Assembly (NCBI GenBank): GCA_031409275.1 | Contig: JANNXA010000049.1 | Span: 1-64,000, forward strand | DNA: 64,000 nucleotides | Source of the DNA: Planctomycetota bacterium | Lineage (GTDB): Bacteria > Planctomycetota > B15-G4 > SIAN01 | Direction of reading: 5' to 3' | Part shown: positions 8,970 through 18,593 of the stretch, one piece after another | Position numbering within the stretch: the stretch's first letter is position 1 | Layout: each line of letters begins with the position of its first letter | The notes under the pieces: model-generated | Told to the model about the DNA's origin: nothing | What the model saw: only the letters and a program-made list of their open reading frames with translations | Database searches by the model: none | Program-made: the position numbers and the translations under genes

Positions 8970-10145
8970 ATGAACACTGGTCAAGCCCCATGTGAGTGCG
9001 AGTGCTCGGAGGTCGACGGGGATGGTTGCCCCCTGGTGTGTCATCCCGAAAATGGCTCGGCGGCGGCGGCGTGCTGCCACCCAAACGTACTCAATGTGAA
9101 GATTGGCGATCGAGTGGTTCGTGCCCTGCAAATTGATGGGGACTTTGACTTTGGAGGTTCGGGCGGCCGGGCCACGCTGGAAGCGTCGGCAGAGAAACTG
9201 ATGACCGGTGGTCGTGGATTGGTCTCAAATACCATTGGCGTATTCAGAAACTATTCCGCCGAGCGGCTTGAGTGGCTTACGGCGTTGATCTCCAACGTTG
9301 AACAGTCTGGGCCGTCGCGCACTGCTGTCCAAGAACACGCTCTGATTCCGTTTTCGTCTGGGTTGCAAGTAGGTCAGTTCGATTCCTTCGGAGCAGATTC
9401 AAGGGTCGCCAGTCTACTGTCTGAAATTAGCAATTTCGCGCGCGAGTCGGAGGAGCTTGCGACTCGTTTGATCGCTGGAAATGAGCCGAGTACCGTAAAA
9501 TCCGCGATCGCCGCAGAGCAGTACAATCGCACTCGCGACTATCTCGTCAGAATTCAAGAAATCGCCGAGTCCGTCGGAGTGGATCTGGCCGAGGTCATTG
9601 AAGTTGACGGGCTGCCCGTCAAGGTCTTTGATTTTGTACTTCCGACGCTTGGCGAACTTGTTGTCACTGAGGGGTTATCCGTCGGTGCCATTGTTTCGGG
9701 AGCGAATCCGAAGCTGAGCGCTGCCCTAGCCCTCCCTGACGAACCTAAACTTGCTGGGATGGATGATGGATCTTCTAGTAGATTTACGATGTCGTGGCTT
9801 GTTTCGAAGCTTCTTAGCCTGGCGGGACTAGACGCGATTAAGGATGGACTCATCGCTACTCTTGAAGAAGAGGGGATGAAGGGGGTTTGGGCTAAGTTGT
9901 GGAAGGCCATTAACGAAGGGGCAGTAAAGGAGATAATCAAGCTACTTAGGAAGCTACTCGAGAAGTTCTTTGACAAGAAATTCCTGGACAAGTTGGGCAA
10001 GAAGATTGGCGCAAAAGCGCTCGCGAAGCTCATGGGAGATATGGCAGGGAAGTGCGCCCCGTTCGTCGGCTGGTTACTACTTGCGATCGGGATCGCATGG
10101 GGACTGTACAAACAGTTCACATCGGGAGGGAATAATCCAACTTAA
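8970..10145 (+). CDS. hypothetical protein with cationic amphipathic, bacteriocin/pore-former-like C-terminus
   Basis: AGGAG SD; Cys-rich N-terminus; C-terminal Lys-rich helices (KLLRKLLEKFFDKKFLDKLGKKIGAKALAKL) then hydrophobic PFVGWLLLAIGIAWGLY. Confidence 0.65.
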   Translation: MNTGQAPCECECSEVDGDGCPLVCHPENGSAAAACCHPNVLNVKIGDRVVRALQIDGDFDFGGSGGRATLEASAEKLMTGGRGLVSNTIGVFRNYSAERLEWLTALISNVEQSGPSRTAVQEHALIPFSSGLQVGQFDSFGADSRVASLLSEISNFARESEELATRLIAGNEPSTVKSAIAAEQYNRTRDYLVRIQEIAESVGVDLAEVIEVDGLPVKVFDFVLPTLGELVVTEGLSVGAIVSGANPKLSAALALPDEPKLAGMDDGSSSRFTMSWLVSKLLSLAGLDAIKDGLIATLEEEGMKGVWAKLWKAINEGAVKEIIKLLRKLLEKFFDKKFLDKLGKKIGAKALAKLMGDMAGKCAPFVGWLLLAIGIAWGLYKQFTSGGNNPT

Positions 10146-10246
10146 ACATTGCCATTTAGGTGCGAGGCGGGTTGCAATTCGCCTCGGCACAGATGGCTGC
10201 CACAGTTGTCACTGAATATGTCCTTCGGGACTCGGTGTGTTGCAAT

Positions 10247-10540
10247 ATGACATCAGACGATGAAATGCCCCACGACCGACAACCGCTGTCTGCGGTTGAT
10301 TGCATCCGTTCATCTGTAGCCAGTCGAGATCGGTCGCCGATTTCTCAGCTCTGGCCGCTCGGCGTAGTGTCGATCGGAGTGATAGTTGTCGGAGTCGCTG
10401 GGGCCGCCCCGTGGGGTGTATCGGTTCCATCTGGAGCGATCGTTGTATTCGTTTGGAACACCTATCGTTTGCGAGTGCAAACGATTGAACGGGCGATCGC
10501 CGAAATCTCGGAGAAATTTCGAGCGAACTCGGGTGATTGA
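10247..10540 (+). CDS. small two-TM membrane protein (possible immunity protein)
   Basis: Hydrophobic hairpin LWPLGVVSIGVIVVGVAGAAPWGVSVPSGAIVVFVW; start uncertain (10160 GTG or 10247 ATG). Confidence 0.45.
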   Translation: MTSDDEMPHDRQPLSAVDCIRSSVASRDRSPISQLWPLGVVSIGVIVVGVAGAAPWGVSVPSGAIVVFVWNTYRLRVQTIERAIAEISEKFRANSGD

Positions 10541-10556
10541 ATAATCGAGGCCTCGC

Positions 10557-10763
10557 CTGCAGGTTGGCGCCAGGCGGTCAGAGATCGCCAAGCTCCTCGT
10601 CCGCGACTTCCATCAGAACCAGGGTTACTGGAGCCTTCATTTCGTCCGCGAAGGTGGGGAGGATCTCTCGGTCTCCGTGAACGCGACCGTCTGTAAGCGG
10701 ATCCAGGCCTATCTGGAAGCCGCCAAGCATGGCGACGATCTGGATGGTCCCTTGTTCCGGCCT
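10557..10763 (+). pseudogene. internal fragment of a second tyrosine recombinase
   Basis: 207 bp colinear with 7491-7697; encodes LQVGARRSEIAKLLVRDFHQNQGYWSLHFVREGGEDLSVSVNATVCKRIQAYL...DGPLFRP; lacks both ends of the gene. Confidence 0.85.
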
Positions 10764-11359
10764 GCACCTCTTTTCCGTCGAGATCTCGACACCCGGAGCT
10801 CATCGGAAGCGCATCCGGTCGCGAGGTTCGCGTTCTCCGAGCGGGCGCCGAAGCTTCAAACCACCACTTGACGGCCTGTGCGATGTTTCACCGTGCAACT
10901 TGAACCACTTCGTGGACGAAGGTCGCAACGCGGCGTTCCCACCCCCGGACCCCTCCCACGAAAAGTTCTATTGCCGTCTCCTTGCCCCGACCATTCCGCA
11001 ACTCGACCAGTCCGCACGTTTCACCTCGGCCGCTGTCGCGTGGCCTCGTCTCTGCGCCTGCTGGCGTCACGTCGCCCTGCGTCGCATGCTTGCCGTGGCG
11101 CGTCCGCAACCGCCACCGACGTCTTGCACCTGCTGCGCACGAATGCAAACGCTGCAGCGCGCCGCTCCCACGACCGGAACGGCCGCGATCTCCCAGCGAG
11201 TCGCTCCCGGTGGCCGCGCGACGGAGGCGTGGTGGCGCGACGGCCCGGAGATTGCCCTTCGCTGAACGGGCCCGCGAGGGCCGTCTTCGCCGACGCCTCC
11301 GGCTTCGGTGAAGATCGCGCCGCGCGAAGTGCTCCTGTGCAGGAGGCCAGTCGCCGCTG

Positions 11360-12841
11360 ATGGACCGCCCTGAATCCAATCCCGCGCCGCTGCTGCGCAC
11401 CTGGATCTTGCAGTCGTTGCTGGTGGCGACGGCCGCCGCCGCGCTGCTCTATTTTGCTGTCGGCGCGAGGGCGACCGAACAGGAGACCGGGCTCGCCGCC
11501 GACCTCGGGACGCGTGCGAGCTACCACGTCTTCCGCGAACTCGAGAAGCGCTGGCTGCCGTTGCATCTCGATCAGCTCGCCCCGAAGAACCCGGCCGAAT
11601 TCGCCGAGCTCGAATCGCTGTTCGAGATGCACCGGACCAGCTTGCAGATCCAGCGCATCGTCTGGTTCGACGAACAGCGTTGCATCGTCCACTCGGGTGC
11701 CCCGGCCGACACGGGAGTGAAGGCGGTCGGCGACGACGAACTCGATGCGCTGAAAGAGGGCGCGCGCGCCGTGAAGCTGATCGCGGCAGGAGCGCCGATC
11801 CACGGCACCGCCGTGCGCTTCACGGTCCCCGTCCTCGAGCTCTACCTCGCCGCCGACCCGGCGCGCGTCCACCCGCGGCTGCGCGGCCACGTGATCGAGC
11901 TCTACCTCGATGCGAGCGACCTCGTCGCGCGCGTCGCCGCGTCGCGCCGCTTCACGCTGCTCACCGCGCTTGGCGTCGGGACAGCGCTCTTCGTCGCCGT
12001 GTTCCGGCTGCTGCAGCGCGCGCAGCGCCAGCTCGCGGAGCAGAACCAGCGCCTGCGCGCGCTCTCCAGCGGACTCGAGCGCGAGGTCGAGGCGCGCACC
12101 CAGGAGCTGATCCGGACGCGCCGCCTCGCCGATGTCGGCACCCTCGCGGCGGGGCTGGCGCATGAGATCAACAATCCGCTCGCGGTCATCGGCGCCAGCG
12201 CGCAGGGACTGCTCGATCGCCTGCGTCGGCGCGGGGATTCGCTCGAGTCCGAACGCGCCGACTTCGAGGAGTACCTGCGCGCCATCGAGAGCGAGACGTT
12301 CCGCTGCAAGCGGATCACCGAGTCGCTGCTCTCCTTCGCGCGCACGCGGCCGCCGACGCTGTGCCGCGTCGATCTGCGTGAGCTCTCCGCTGAAGTGGCG
12401 GCGCTGATGCGGCCGCTCGCCGAGGCGCGCCGGCAGTCGATCGACGCGTCCTCGCCGGGCGAGCCGCTCTTCGTCGATGTGGCACCGGAAGAGATCAAGC
12501 AGTTGCTGGTCAACCTGATCTCGAACGCCTTCGACGCCGGTGCCGCGGGCCAGCAGGTCGAAATTCGCAGCGGCCGCGACGGCGATCGCGCCTTCGTCGC
12601 CGTCCGCGATCGCGGTCGCGGGCTTTCGGCGGTGGGCACCGAGCGTGTCTTCGAGCCGTTCTTCACCACCAAGCCGCCGGGCGAGGGGGTCGGAATGGGG
12701 CTGTCGATCTCGCGGCAGATCGCCGAGATGCACCGTGGCCGGCTCGTGGCCGAGGTGCCGTCCGATGGCGTCGGCGCCCGTTTCCGCTGCGAGCTTCCGC
12801 TCGCCGTCAGCGCGACCGTTGCGCCGGAGGGCCAGTCATGA
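11360..12841 (+). CDS. membrane sensor histidine kinase
   Basis: Two TM segments; H-box LAHEINNPL, N-box NLISNAFDA, DRGRG, FEPFFTTK, GVGMGL. Confidence 0.93.
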   Translation: MDRPESNPAPLLRTWILQSLLVATAAAALLYFAVGARATEQETGLAADLGTRASYHVFRELEKRWLPLHLDQLAPKNPAEFAELESLFEMHRTSLQIQRIVWFDEQRCIVHSGAPADTGVKAVGDDELDALKEGARAVKLIAAGAPIHGTAVRFTVPVLELYLAADPARVHPRLRGHVIELYLDASDLVARVAASRRFTLLTALGVGTALFVAVFRLLQRAQRQLAEQNQRLRALSSGLEREVEARTQELIRTRRLADVGTLAAGLAHEINNPLAVIGASAQGLLDRLRRRGDSLESERADFEEYLRAIESETFRCKRITESLLSFARTRPPTLCRVDLRELSAEVAALMRPLAEARRQSIDASSPGEPLFVDVAPEEIKQLLVNLISNAFDAGAAGQQVEIRSGRDGDRAFVAVRDRGRGLSAVGTERVFEPFFTTKPPGEGVGMGLSISRQIAEMHRGRLVAEVPSDGVGARFRCELPLAVSATVAPEGQS

Positions 12842-14304
12842 ACCGTGAGACCGAACGCGTCGCGGCCGCGCCCGCGATCCAGTTGCTGATCGTCGACGAT
12901 GAGGCCGCGTATCGGCGCGTCCTGCAGCGCGAACTCGAGCGGCGCGGCCACGCCGTCGTGACGGCCGGCTCGTCGGAGGAAGGGCTCGCGCTGCTGGCGA
13001 GCGGCATGCCCGATGTCGTGCTGCTCGACCTGCGCATGGCCGGCGTCGGTGGTCTGGGCTTCCTGCACGAACTGCGCGAGCGCGGCGGCGACAGCGAAGT
13101 GATCATCCTCACCGGCTATCCGAGTCTCGAATCGGCGGTCGAGGCGGTGCGCGCGGGCATCTTCGACTACCGCACCAAGCCGATCGACCTCGACACGCTC
13201 GAAGGCGTGGTGCGGCGCGCCGCCGAACGGCGCGCGTTGCTGCGCGAGAACCTGGCGCTGCGGCACGCGCTGGTGCCCTCGACCGATCGGTCAGCGGTGC
13301 CGTCGGCGAGTCCGACGATGCTGCGATTCTCGCGCTCGCTGCCGCGCATCGCCGCCTCGACCTCGACCGTGCTGATCCATGGCGAGACGGGAGCCGGCAA
13401 GGAGCTCGTGGCTCGCGAGCTCCATCGCTTGAGCCCGCGGCGCGACGAACCGCTGGTGGTCATCGACTGCGCGGCGCTGCAGTCCTCGGTGCGAGGCGCG
13501 GAGTTGTTCGGGTGCGAGAAGGGGGCTTTCACCGGCGCCGAACAGGCGCGCCCGGGTCTTTTCGAGGCGGCGCATCGCGGGACCGTCTTCCTCGACGAGA
13601 TCGGCGAGCTCGACCTCGAAGCGCAGGCCGCGCTGCTGCGTGTGCTGGAGAGCGGCGAGATCCGTCGCGTCGGCGCGACCAAGTCACGCCCGCTCGACGT
13701 TCGCGTGATCGCGGCCACTCATCGCGACCTCGCGGCCGAAGTGGCGGCGCGCCGCTTCCGCGAAGACCTGCTGTTCCGCTTGCAGGTGGTGCAGCTCGAT
13801 CTGCCGCCGCTGCGCGACCGCAGCGAGGACATCCTGCCGCTGTTCGACCACTTCCTGGCGCGTGCCGCAGGAGCGCACGCGCCGCGTCTCGCCGACCCCG
13901 TTCGCGACGCGTTGCTGGCCTATCGCTGGCCAGGCAACGTCCGCGAGGTGCGCAACCTCGCCGAGATGCTGGCAGTCACGGTGGAGGGCGCAACCGTCGA
14001 ACTCGCCGATCTGCCGCGGCGGATCGTGGCCGCGCCCGGCACTCTCCTGGCGAGTGGTGGTGGCGCGCTTGCTGGAAGCGCGGTGGCCGGCGCCGGCATG
14101 GCCGCGGATGGCACGGTCGAAACACTTGCGGCGCTCGAGCGGCGCCAGATCCTCGCCGTCTACGAGCTGAGCGGCCGCAACAAGCGGCGCGCCGCCGAGC
14201 TGCTCGGCATCTCGTTGCGTACGCTGTACAACAAGCTCGCCGAGTACCTCGGTAGCGACCCGCAAGATCGAGCCGCTTCCGACTCGGGACCCGTTCATGG
14301 TTGA
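12838..14304 (+). CDS. sigma-54-dependent response regulator (NtrC/AtoC family)
   Basis: REC (LIVDDE, LLDLRM), GETGAGKE, GAFTGA, FLDEIGEL, WPGNVRE, Fis HTH (LGISLRTLYNKL); ATGA overlap with kinase. Confidence 0.95.
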   Translation: MNRETERVAAAPAIQLLIVDDEAAYRRVLQRELERRGHAVVTAGSSEEGLALLASGMPDVVLLDLRMAGVGGLGFLHELRERGGDSEVIILTGYPSLESAVEAVRAGIFDYRTKPIDLDTLEGVVRRAAERRALLRENLALRHALVPSTDRSAVPSASPTMLRFSRSLPRIAASTSTVLIHGETGAGKELVARELHRLSPRRDEPLVVIDCAALQSSVRGAELFGCEKGAFTGAEQARPGLFEAAHRGTVFLDEIGELDLEAQAALLRVLESGEIRRVGATKSRPLDVRVIAATHRDLAAEVAARRFREDLLFRLQVVQLDLPPLRDRSEDILPLFDHFLARAAGAHAPRLADPVRDALLAYRWPGNVREVRNLAEMLAVTVEGATVELADLPRRIVAAPGTLLASGGGALAGSAVAGAGMAADGTVETLAALERRQILAVYELSGRNKRRAAELLGISLRTLYNKLAEYLGSDPQDRAASDSGPVHG

Positions 14305-16201
14305 TGACGGCTTTGCGGTCGCGAAACCGGCCCCCTGCGTGGTGGTGATGCGGCTGGCGCTGCTGAACCTCGTCGCCACTCTCGCCATCCTTGCGGCCAA
14401 CTTCGGCGAAGTGCATTGGTTCGGGGCTGCGACGGTGGCTTTCCTGGGTGGTGTCTGGGTCGAGTACGCCGTGATCTACCTGCTGCCGGTCTTCCTGACC
14501 GCGCTGCTGTTGGCGTGGAACGCACGCGACTCGCGTTGGCGCGGCGGTGCAAGCCTGGTCTGGATGGCGCTCGGTGGCGCGGCCGTTCAGTTGCTGCTGG
14601 TCGTCGACCACTTCATCTTCCGGCAGTTCGTCTACCACCTGAACGGCTTCGTCTGGAACCTGATGATCACGCCGGGCGGCCTCCAGTCGATGGACGCCGG
14701 CGGTGCGACGACCTGGTTCGCCATCGCCATCGCGGCCGGCGTGATTGCCGTCGAAGTGGCGGCCTGCTTCGCGTCGCGCGCACGGCTGCGCCTCTGGGAG
14801 TGGCTCACGCCGCGGCGGCCGCGCCGCGCGCTCGCCTGGTCGCTCGGTGCCTTCGCACTGTTGGCCGGTGGCGAGCGGCTCGCGTTCAGCCTCGCGAGCC
14901 TCGCGGACTACCAGCCGATCGTCGCGGCCCACGGCACGTTTCCGTTCTACATGCCGACCCGGATGCGCAAGTTCGCGATCGCGCTCGGCTTCCCCGATCG
15001 ACGCGAGCATCGCGTCGACCTCGGCGGCGACCTCGACCTCGAGGCGGGCCACCTGAACTATCCGCGCGCCCCGATCACGTTGGCGCCCGACCGCCGTCCG
15101 CTCGACATCCTCTGGCTCGTTTCCGAATCGTGGCGCGCCGACACGCTCGATGACGAGGTGATGCCGGCGACCTCCGCCTTCGCGCGCGGCGCCTGGAACT
15201 TCCGCGAGCATGTGAGCGGCGGCAACGGCACGCGGATGGGCGTCTTCTCGATGTTCTACGGGATCTACGGTTCCTACTGGTTCCCGTTCCTCTCGCATCG
15301 ACGCGGTCCGGTCCTCGTCGACCAGTTGCTGGCCGACGCCTACCAGATGCGGGTTTCGACCAGCGCCAAGTTCTCCTTCCCGGAGTTCGACAAGACCATC
15401 TGGACGCGCCTGCCGCACGAGGGGCTGATCGAGGGCGATGAGTCCAAGCGCGGCTACGAGAACGACGCCGAGCAGGTCGGCCAGATGCTGGCGTGGCTCG
15501 ATCAGCGCGACCGCACGCGCCCCTTCTTCGCCTTCCACTTCTTCGAGTCGCCGCACGCGCAGTATTGGTTTCCCGACGACTGCGTGATCCGGACGCCCTA
15601 TTCGCCGGCGGTGAACTACGCGCTGCTCGATCGCGAGGACATGCCGCTGGTGAAGGCGCGCTACCTGAACGCGGTCCATCACCTCGACCGCCAGCTCGGC
15701 CGCCTCTTCGACGGGTTGCGTGAGCGTGGGCTGCTCGAAACGACGATCGTCGTCGTCACCGGCGACCACGGCGAAGAGTTCATGGAGAAGGGGCGCTACG
15801 GCCACCATTCCACCTTCAGCGAGGAGCAGATCAGGACTCCTCTGATCGTGAAGCTGCCCGGCGAAGCGCCGCGCGTCGTCGATGCGGTGACCAGCCACCT
15901 CGACCTCGTGCCGACCGTGCTCACCCGCCTCGGCGTGACCAATCCGATCGCCGACTACTCGCTGGGCGTCGACCTCGCCGCGCCTTTTGAGCGCTCGTTC
16001 GTGGTGGTGGCCGATTGGGACCACCTGTGCGTGCGCGATGAGCAGCAGAAGGGGATCTTCCCGGTTGCGCAGCGCGGCTTCCTCGGCTTCGAGGTGACCT
16101 CGCGCGACGATGCGCCCGACGGCGACAAGTCGGCCTATCGCGCGTCGCGGATCGATGCGCTGCTGGCAGTGGTGAAGGGGCAGGCGGCGTTCCGGCAATA
16201 G
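14297..16201 (+). CDS. YejM/PbgA-like membrane-anchored sulfatase-family protein
   Basis: Multi-TM N-terminus with HLNGFVWNL, then ESWRAD, SGGNGTRMGVFSMFYG, TGDHGEEF, GH; start may be a few codons later. Confidence 0.85.
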   Translation: MVDDGFAVAKPAPCVVVMRLALLNLVATLAILAANFGEVHWFGAATVAFLGGVWVEYAVIYLLPVFLTALLLAWNARDSRWRGGASLVWMALGGAAVQLLLVVDHFIFRQFVYHLNGFVWNLMITPGGLQSMDAGGATTWFAIAIAAGVIAVEVAACFASRARLRLWEWLTPRRPRRALAWSLGAFALLAGGERLAFSLASLADYQPIVAAHGTFPFYMPTRMRKFAIALGFPDRREHRVDLGGDLDLEAGHLNYPRAPITLAPDRRPLDILWLVSESWRADTLDDEVMPATSAFARGAWNFREHVSGGNGTRMGVFSMFYGIYGSYWFPFLSHRRGPVLVDQLLADAYQMRVSTSAKFSFPEFDKTIWTRLPHEGLIEGDESKRGYENDAEQVGQMLAWLDQRDRTRPFFAFHFFESPHAQYWFPDDCVIRTPYSPAVNYALLDREDMPLVKARYLNAVHHLDRQLGRLFDGLRERGLLETTIVVVTGDHGEEFMEKGRYGHHSTFSEEQIRTPLIVKLPGEAPRVVDAVTSHLDLVPTVLTRLGVTNPIADYSLGVDLAAPFERSFVVVADWDHLCVRDEQQKGIFPVAQRGFLGFEVTSRDDAPDGDKSAYRASRIDALLAVVKGQAAFRQ

Positions 16202-16292
16202 GCAGGCGCGGCGGCGCCATCGCGATCGCGCAGCGGTCGTGCGACAATCGCCGCCCGCGTCGCGCACTCGTCGGCGCGCGCAGGAGCCGCCG

Positions 16293-18263
16293 ATGCAACG
16301 CCGCCTCATGTTCGTCGCCGCCACGTTGACGGCCGTGCCGCTGCTGATCGGCGTTCCGCCCGGCGAAGCACCCGCCGCGCCGGCTGACCTTCGTGTGGAA
16401 GAGGTCGCGCCCGGTGTCTTCTTCGCGGAGGCGACCTTTCCTCCCTTCCAAGGCAGCAACGCTGGCTTCGTCGTGCAGGACGACCAGGTCGTCGTGATCG
16501 AAGGGAGCTATCCCGGCGTCGCGCGCCAGCTGCGCGAGGAGCTCGCCGCGCGCACGAACTTGCCGGTGCGACTCCTCTTCGACACGCATGACCACGCCGA
16601 CCACAGCTTCGGCAACGGTGTCTTCGCCGAGCACGGCGCGGTGGTCGTCGCGCACGCCGCGTGCGCCGCGCGCCTGGCGACGCGCGGGGCGGAGAAGTTC
16701 GCTCAGCAGGCCGCGTCTGCGGACGCGACCGAGCGCGCCGTCCTCGCGGGAGCGCGCTTCGCCGGTGTCGCGCTGTCGTTCGACGAACCCGTGACGATCG
16801 GCCGCGGAGAACGGCGCATCGAACTGCGCCACTTCGGGCGCGGCCACACGCGCGGCGACGCGGTCGCGTGGCTGCCCGGGCCGCGCGTCCTCTTCACCGG
16901 CGACCTGTGCGTGAACGGGGCGCACAACTACCTGGGCGATGCGGACAGCGAGAGCTGGGTCGCGGTGCTCGAGCGGCTGCAAGGGCTCGCGCCGAAGATC
17001 CTCTGTCCCGGCCACGGCGCGCGCGGTGGCGCTGAGCTGCTTACGTTGCAGCGCCGTTGGCTGGTCGACTTGCGCGGCGCCGTCGCCGCCGGGATCGAGC
17101 AGGGGCGCGACGCCGCTGCGATCGCCGCGGGCCTCGACCTTCCCTGGTACCGCGAGTGGACCGGCGTTGCGGCCGCCGATCGCGGCGAGAACGTCGTCCA
17201 CGTCTTCGATGAACTCACCGGCCGCATCACGCCGCCGATGCTGACCGAGGACCTCGGGCTGAGCGCAGGACCATCGCCCTCGCGCGCCGACGCAGGATTC
17301 AGCGCGCCGCGCAGGGTGGTCGCCGTCGGCGTCGACGCCAGCGAGGCCGTGTGGCTCCAGCGTGCCGCTCCCACGCTGGAGGTCGTTGCGGCGGCCAATG
17401 CGAAGGAAGCGCTGCCGCTGCTTTCAAATGCCGATGGCTTGATCGGCGCGTGCAGCGCGGAACTGCTCGACGCCGCGCCGCAACTGCGCTGGGTCCAGGT
17501 CGGTTCAGCGGGCGTCGAGCGCTACGTCGGATTGCGGCGCATCGCCGATCGCCGCGTGACGCTCACCAACGCGCAACGGCTCTATGGTCCCGAGATCGCC
17601 GACCATGCGGTCGCCATGGCGCTCGCGCTCATGCGTGGACTGCCTGCGGCGCTCGCCAATGGCAACGGCCCGCGGCAATGGAGCCTCGGCGAGGGCGGCA
17701 CCGAGCTCGCGGAGCTGCGCGGCCGATGCGTGCTGATCGCGGGACTCGGCGGCATCGGTCGCGAGGTCGCGCGCCGCGTTGCCGCGGCCGGCGCGCGCGT
17801 CGTCGCTACCAATCCACCGGGCCGAGAGCCGCCCCCTGGCGTCGAGCGCGTCGAGCCGCCGTCGGCGCTGTTGACCCTGGCGGCCGAGGCGGACCTCGTC
17901 TTCATCTGCGTTCCGCTCACGAAGTCGACCGAAGGGATGTGCGATGCGCGCTTCTTCGCGGCGCTCAAGCCGGGGGCGCGACTCATCAACGTGGCGCGCG
18001 GGCGCTGCGTCGACACGAGTGCTCTGGTGGCAGCGCTGCAGAGTGGGCGCCTCGCGGGCGCCGGACTCGACGTCACCGATCCCGAGCCGCTGCCGCCCGA
18101 CCATGCGCTGTGGCGGCTGCCGCAGGTGATCGTCACCCCGCACGTCGCGGCGCAGAGCGCCGAGGCGGAGGAGCGGCAGCGCTTGCTGACGCGCGAGAAT
18201 CTGCGCCGTTTCGCGGCGGGCGAGCAGCTGCTGTCGGTGGTGGATCCGGCGGTGGGCTATTAG
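16293..18263 (+). CDS. fusion: MBL-fold (cyclase-like) hydrolase + D-2-hydroxyacid dehydrogenase, with N-terminal signal peptide
   Basis: THDHADH, GHTRGD, GDL, PGHG; then GLGGIG, NVARG, LDVTDPEPL, TPHVAA; AGGAG SD. Confidence 0.85.
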   Translation: MQRRLMFVAATLTAVPLLIGVPPGEAPAAPADLRVEEVAPGVFFAEATFPPFQGSNAGFVVQDDQVVVIEGSYPGVARQLREELAARTNLPVRLLFDTHDHADHSFGNGVFAEHGAVVVAHAACAARLATRGAEKFAQQAASADATERAVLAGARFAGVALSFDEPVTIGRGERRIELRHFGRGHTRGDAVAWLPGPRVLFTGDLCVNGAHNYLGDADSESWVAVLERLQGLAPKILCPGHGARGGAELLTLQRRWLVDLRGAVAAGIEQGRDAAAIAAGLDLPWYREWTGVAAADRGENVVHVFDELTGRITPPMLTEDLGLSAGPSPSRADAGFSAPRRVVAVGVDASEAVWLQRAAPTLEVVAAANAKEALPLLSNADGLIGACSAELLDAAPQLRWVQVGSAGVERYVGLRRIADRRVTLTNAQRLYGPEIADHAVAMALALMRGLPAALANGNGPRQWSLGEGGTELAELRGRCVLIAGLGGIGREVARRVAAAGARVVATNPPGREPPPGVERVEPPSALLTLAAEADLVFICVPLTKSTEGMCDARFFAALKPGARLINVARGRCVDTSALVAALQSGRLAGAGLDVTDPEPLPPDHALWRLPQVIVTPHVAAQSAEAEERQRLLTRENLRRFAAGEQLLSVVDPAVGY

Positions 18264-18269
18264 GCGTTG

Positions 18270-18385
18270 CTGCTGACGAGCCGAAGGCTCGCAGCAGAAC
18301 GCGGCGCCGGCGAGGCTGCGCGGTGCGCAGCTCGCCTCTCCGGTGTTGGAGCTGACGAAGCGGCGCTGTGCGCGCTTCGCAGCTC
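18270..18385. repeat. three consecutive GC-rich bulged hairpins (REP-like/structured element)
   Basis: 18270-18297, 18309-18336, 18349-18385; hairpins 1 and 3 share GCTG(A)CGA...TCGCAGC. Confidence 0.6.
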
Positions 18386-18391
18386 AACCGG

Positions 18392-18590
18392 GGGAGAGGT
18401 GGTGAGGAGCGGCGCGTTGCGCCGGCTTGCGAGGAGACGGGGGAGGAGAGGTGGTGGGGAGCGGCGCGTTGCGCCGGCTTGGGAGGAGATGGGAGGGGAG
18501 AGGTGGTGAGGAGCGGCGCGTTGCGCCGGCTCGGTAGGAGAACGAAGCGGCGCTGGAGATGGGGCGCGTTGCGCCGGCTTGGGAGGAGGG
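18392..18590 (+). repeat. tandem ~52-bp repeat (3 copies + degenerate 4th)
   Basis: Core GGCGCGTTGCGCCGGCT at 18411, 18463, 18515, 18563 with purine-rich GGAGAGGTGGTG(A/G)GGAGC flanks in the first three. Confidence 0.85.
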
Positions 18591-18593
18591 CAG

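Larger units (their letters stand above)
1..10763. mobile_element. right part of an integrated plasmid-like/genomic island element with defence cargo
   Basis: par/rep/ori, TA, SIR2, OLD, recombinase and relic; visibly lower GC and different codon usage than sequence beyond ~10.9 kb; exact boundary not identified. Confidence 0.7.

Noticed and set aside
10760..11360. tRNA/att site or sigma-54 promoter at the island boundary
   Set aside because: No cloverleaf or TpsiC motif and no convincing TGGCAC-N5-TTGC found by eye; ORFs here look like shadow frames
18392..18590. CRISPR array
   Set aside because: Sequences between the repeated cores are themselves near-identical and short, so there are no unique spacers; no cas operon
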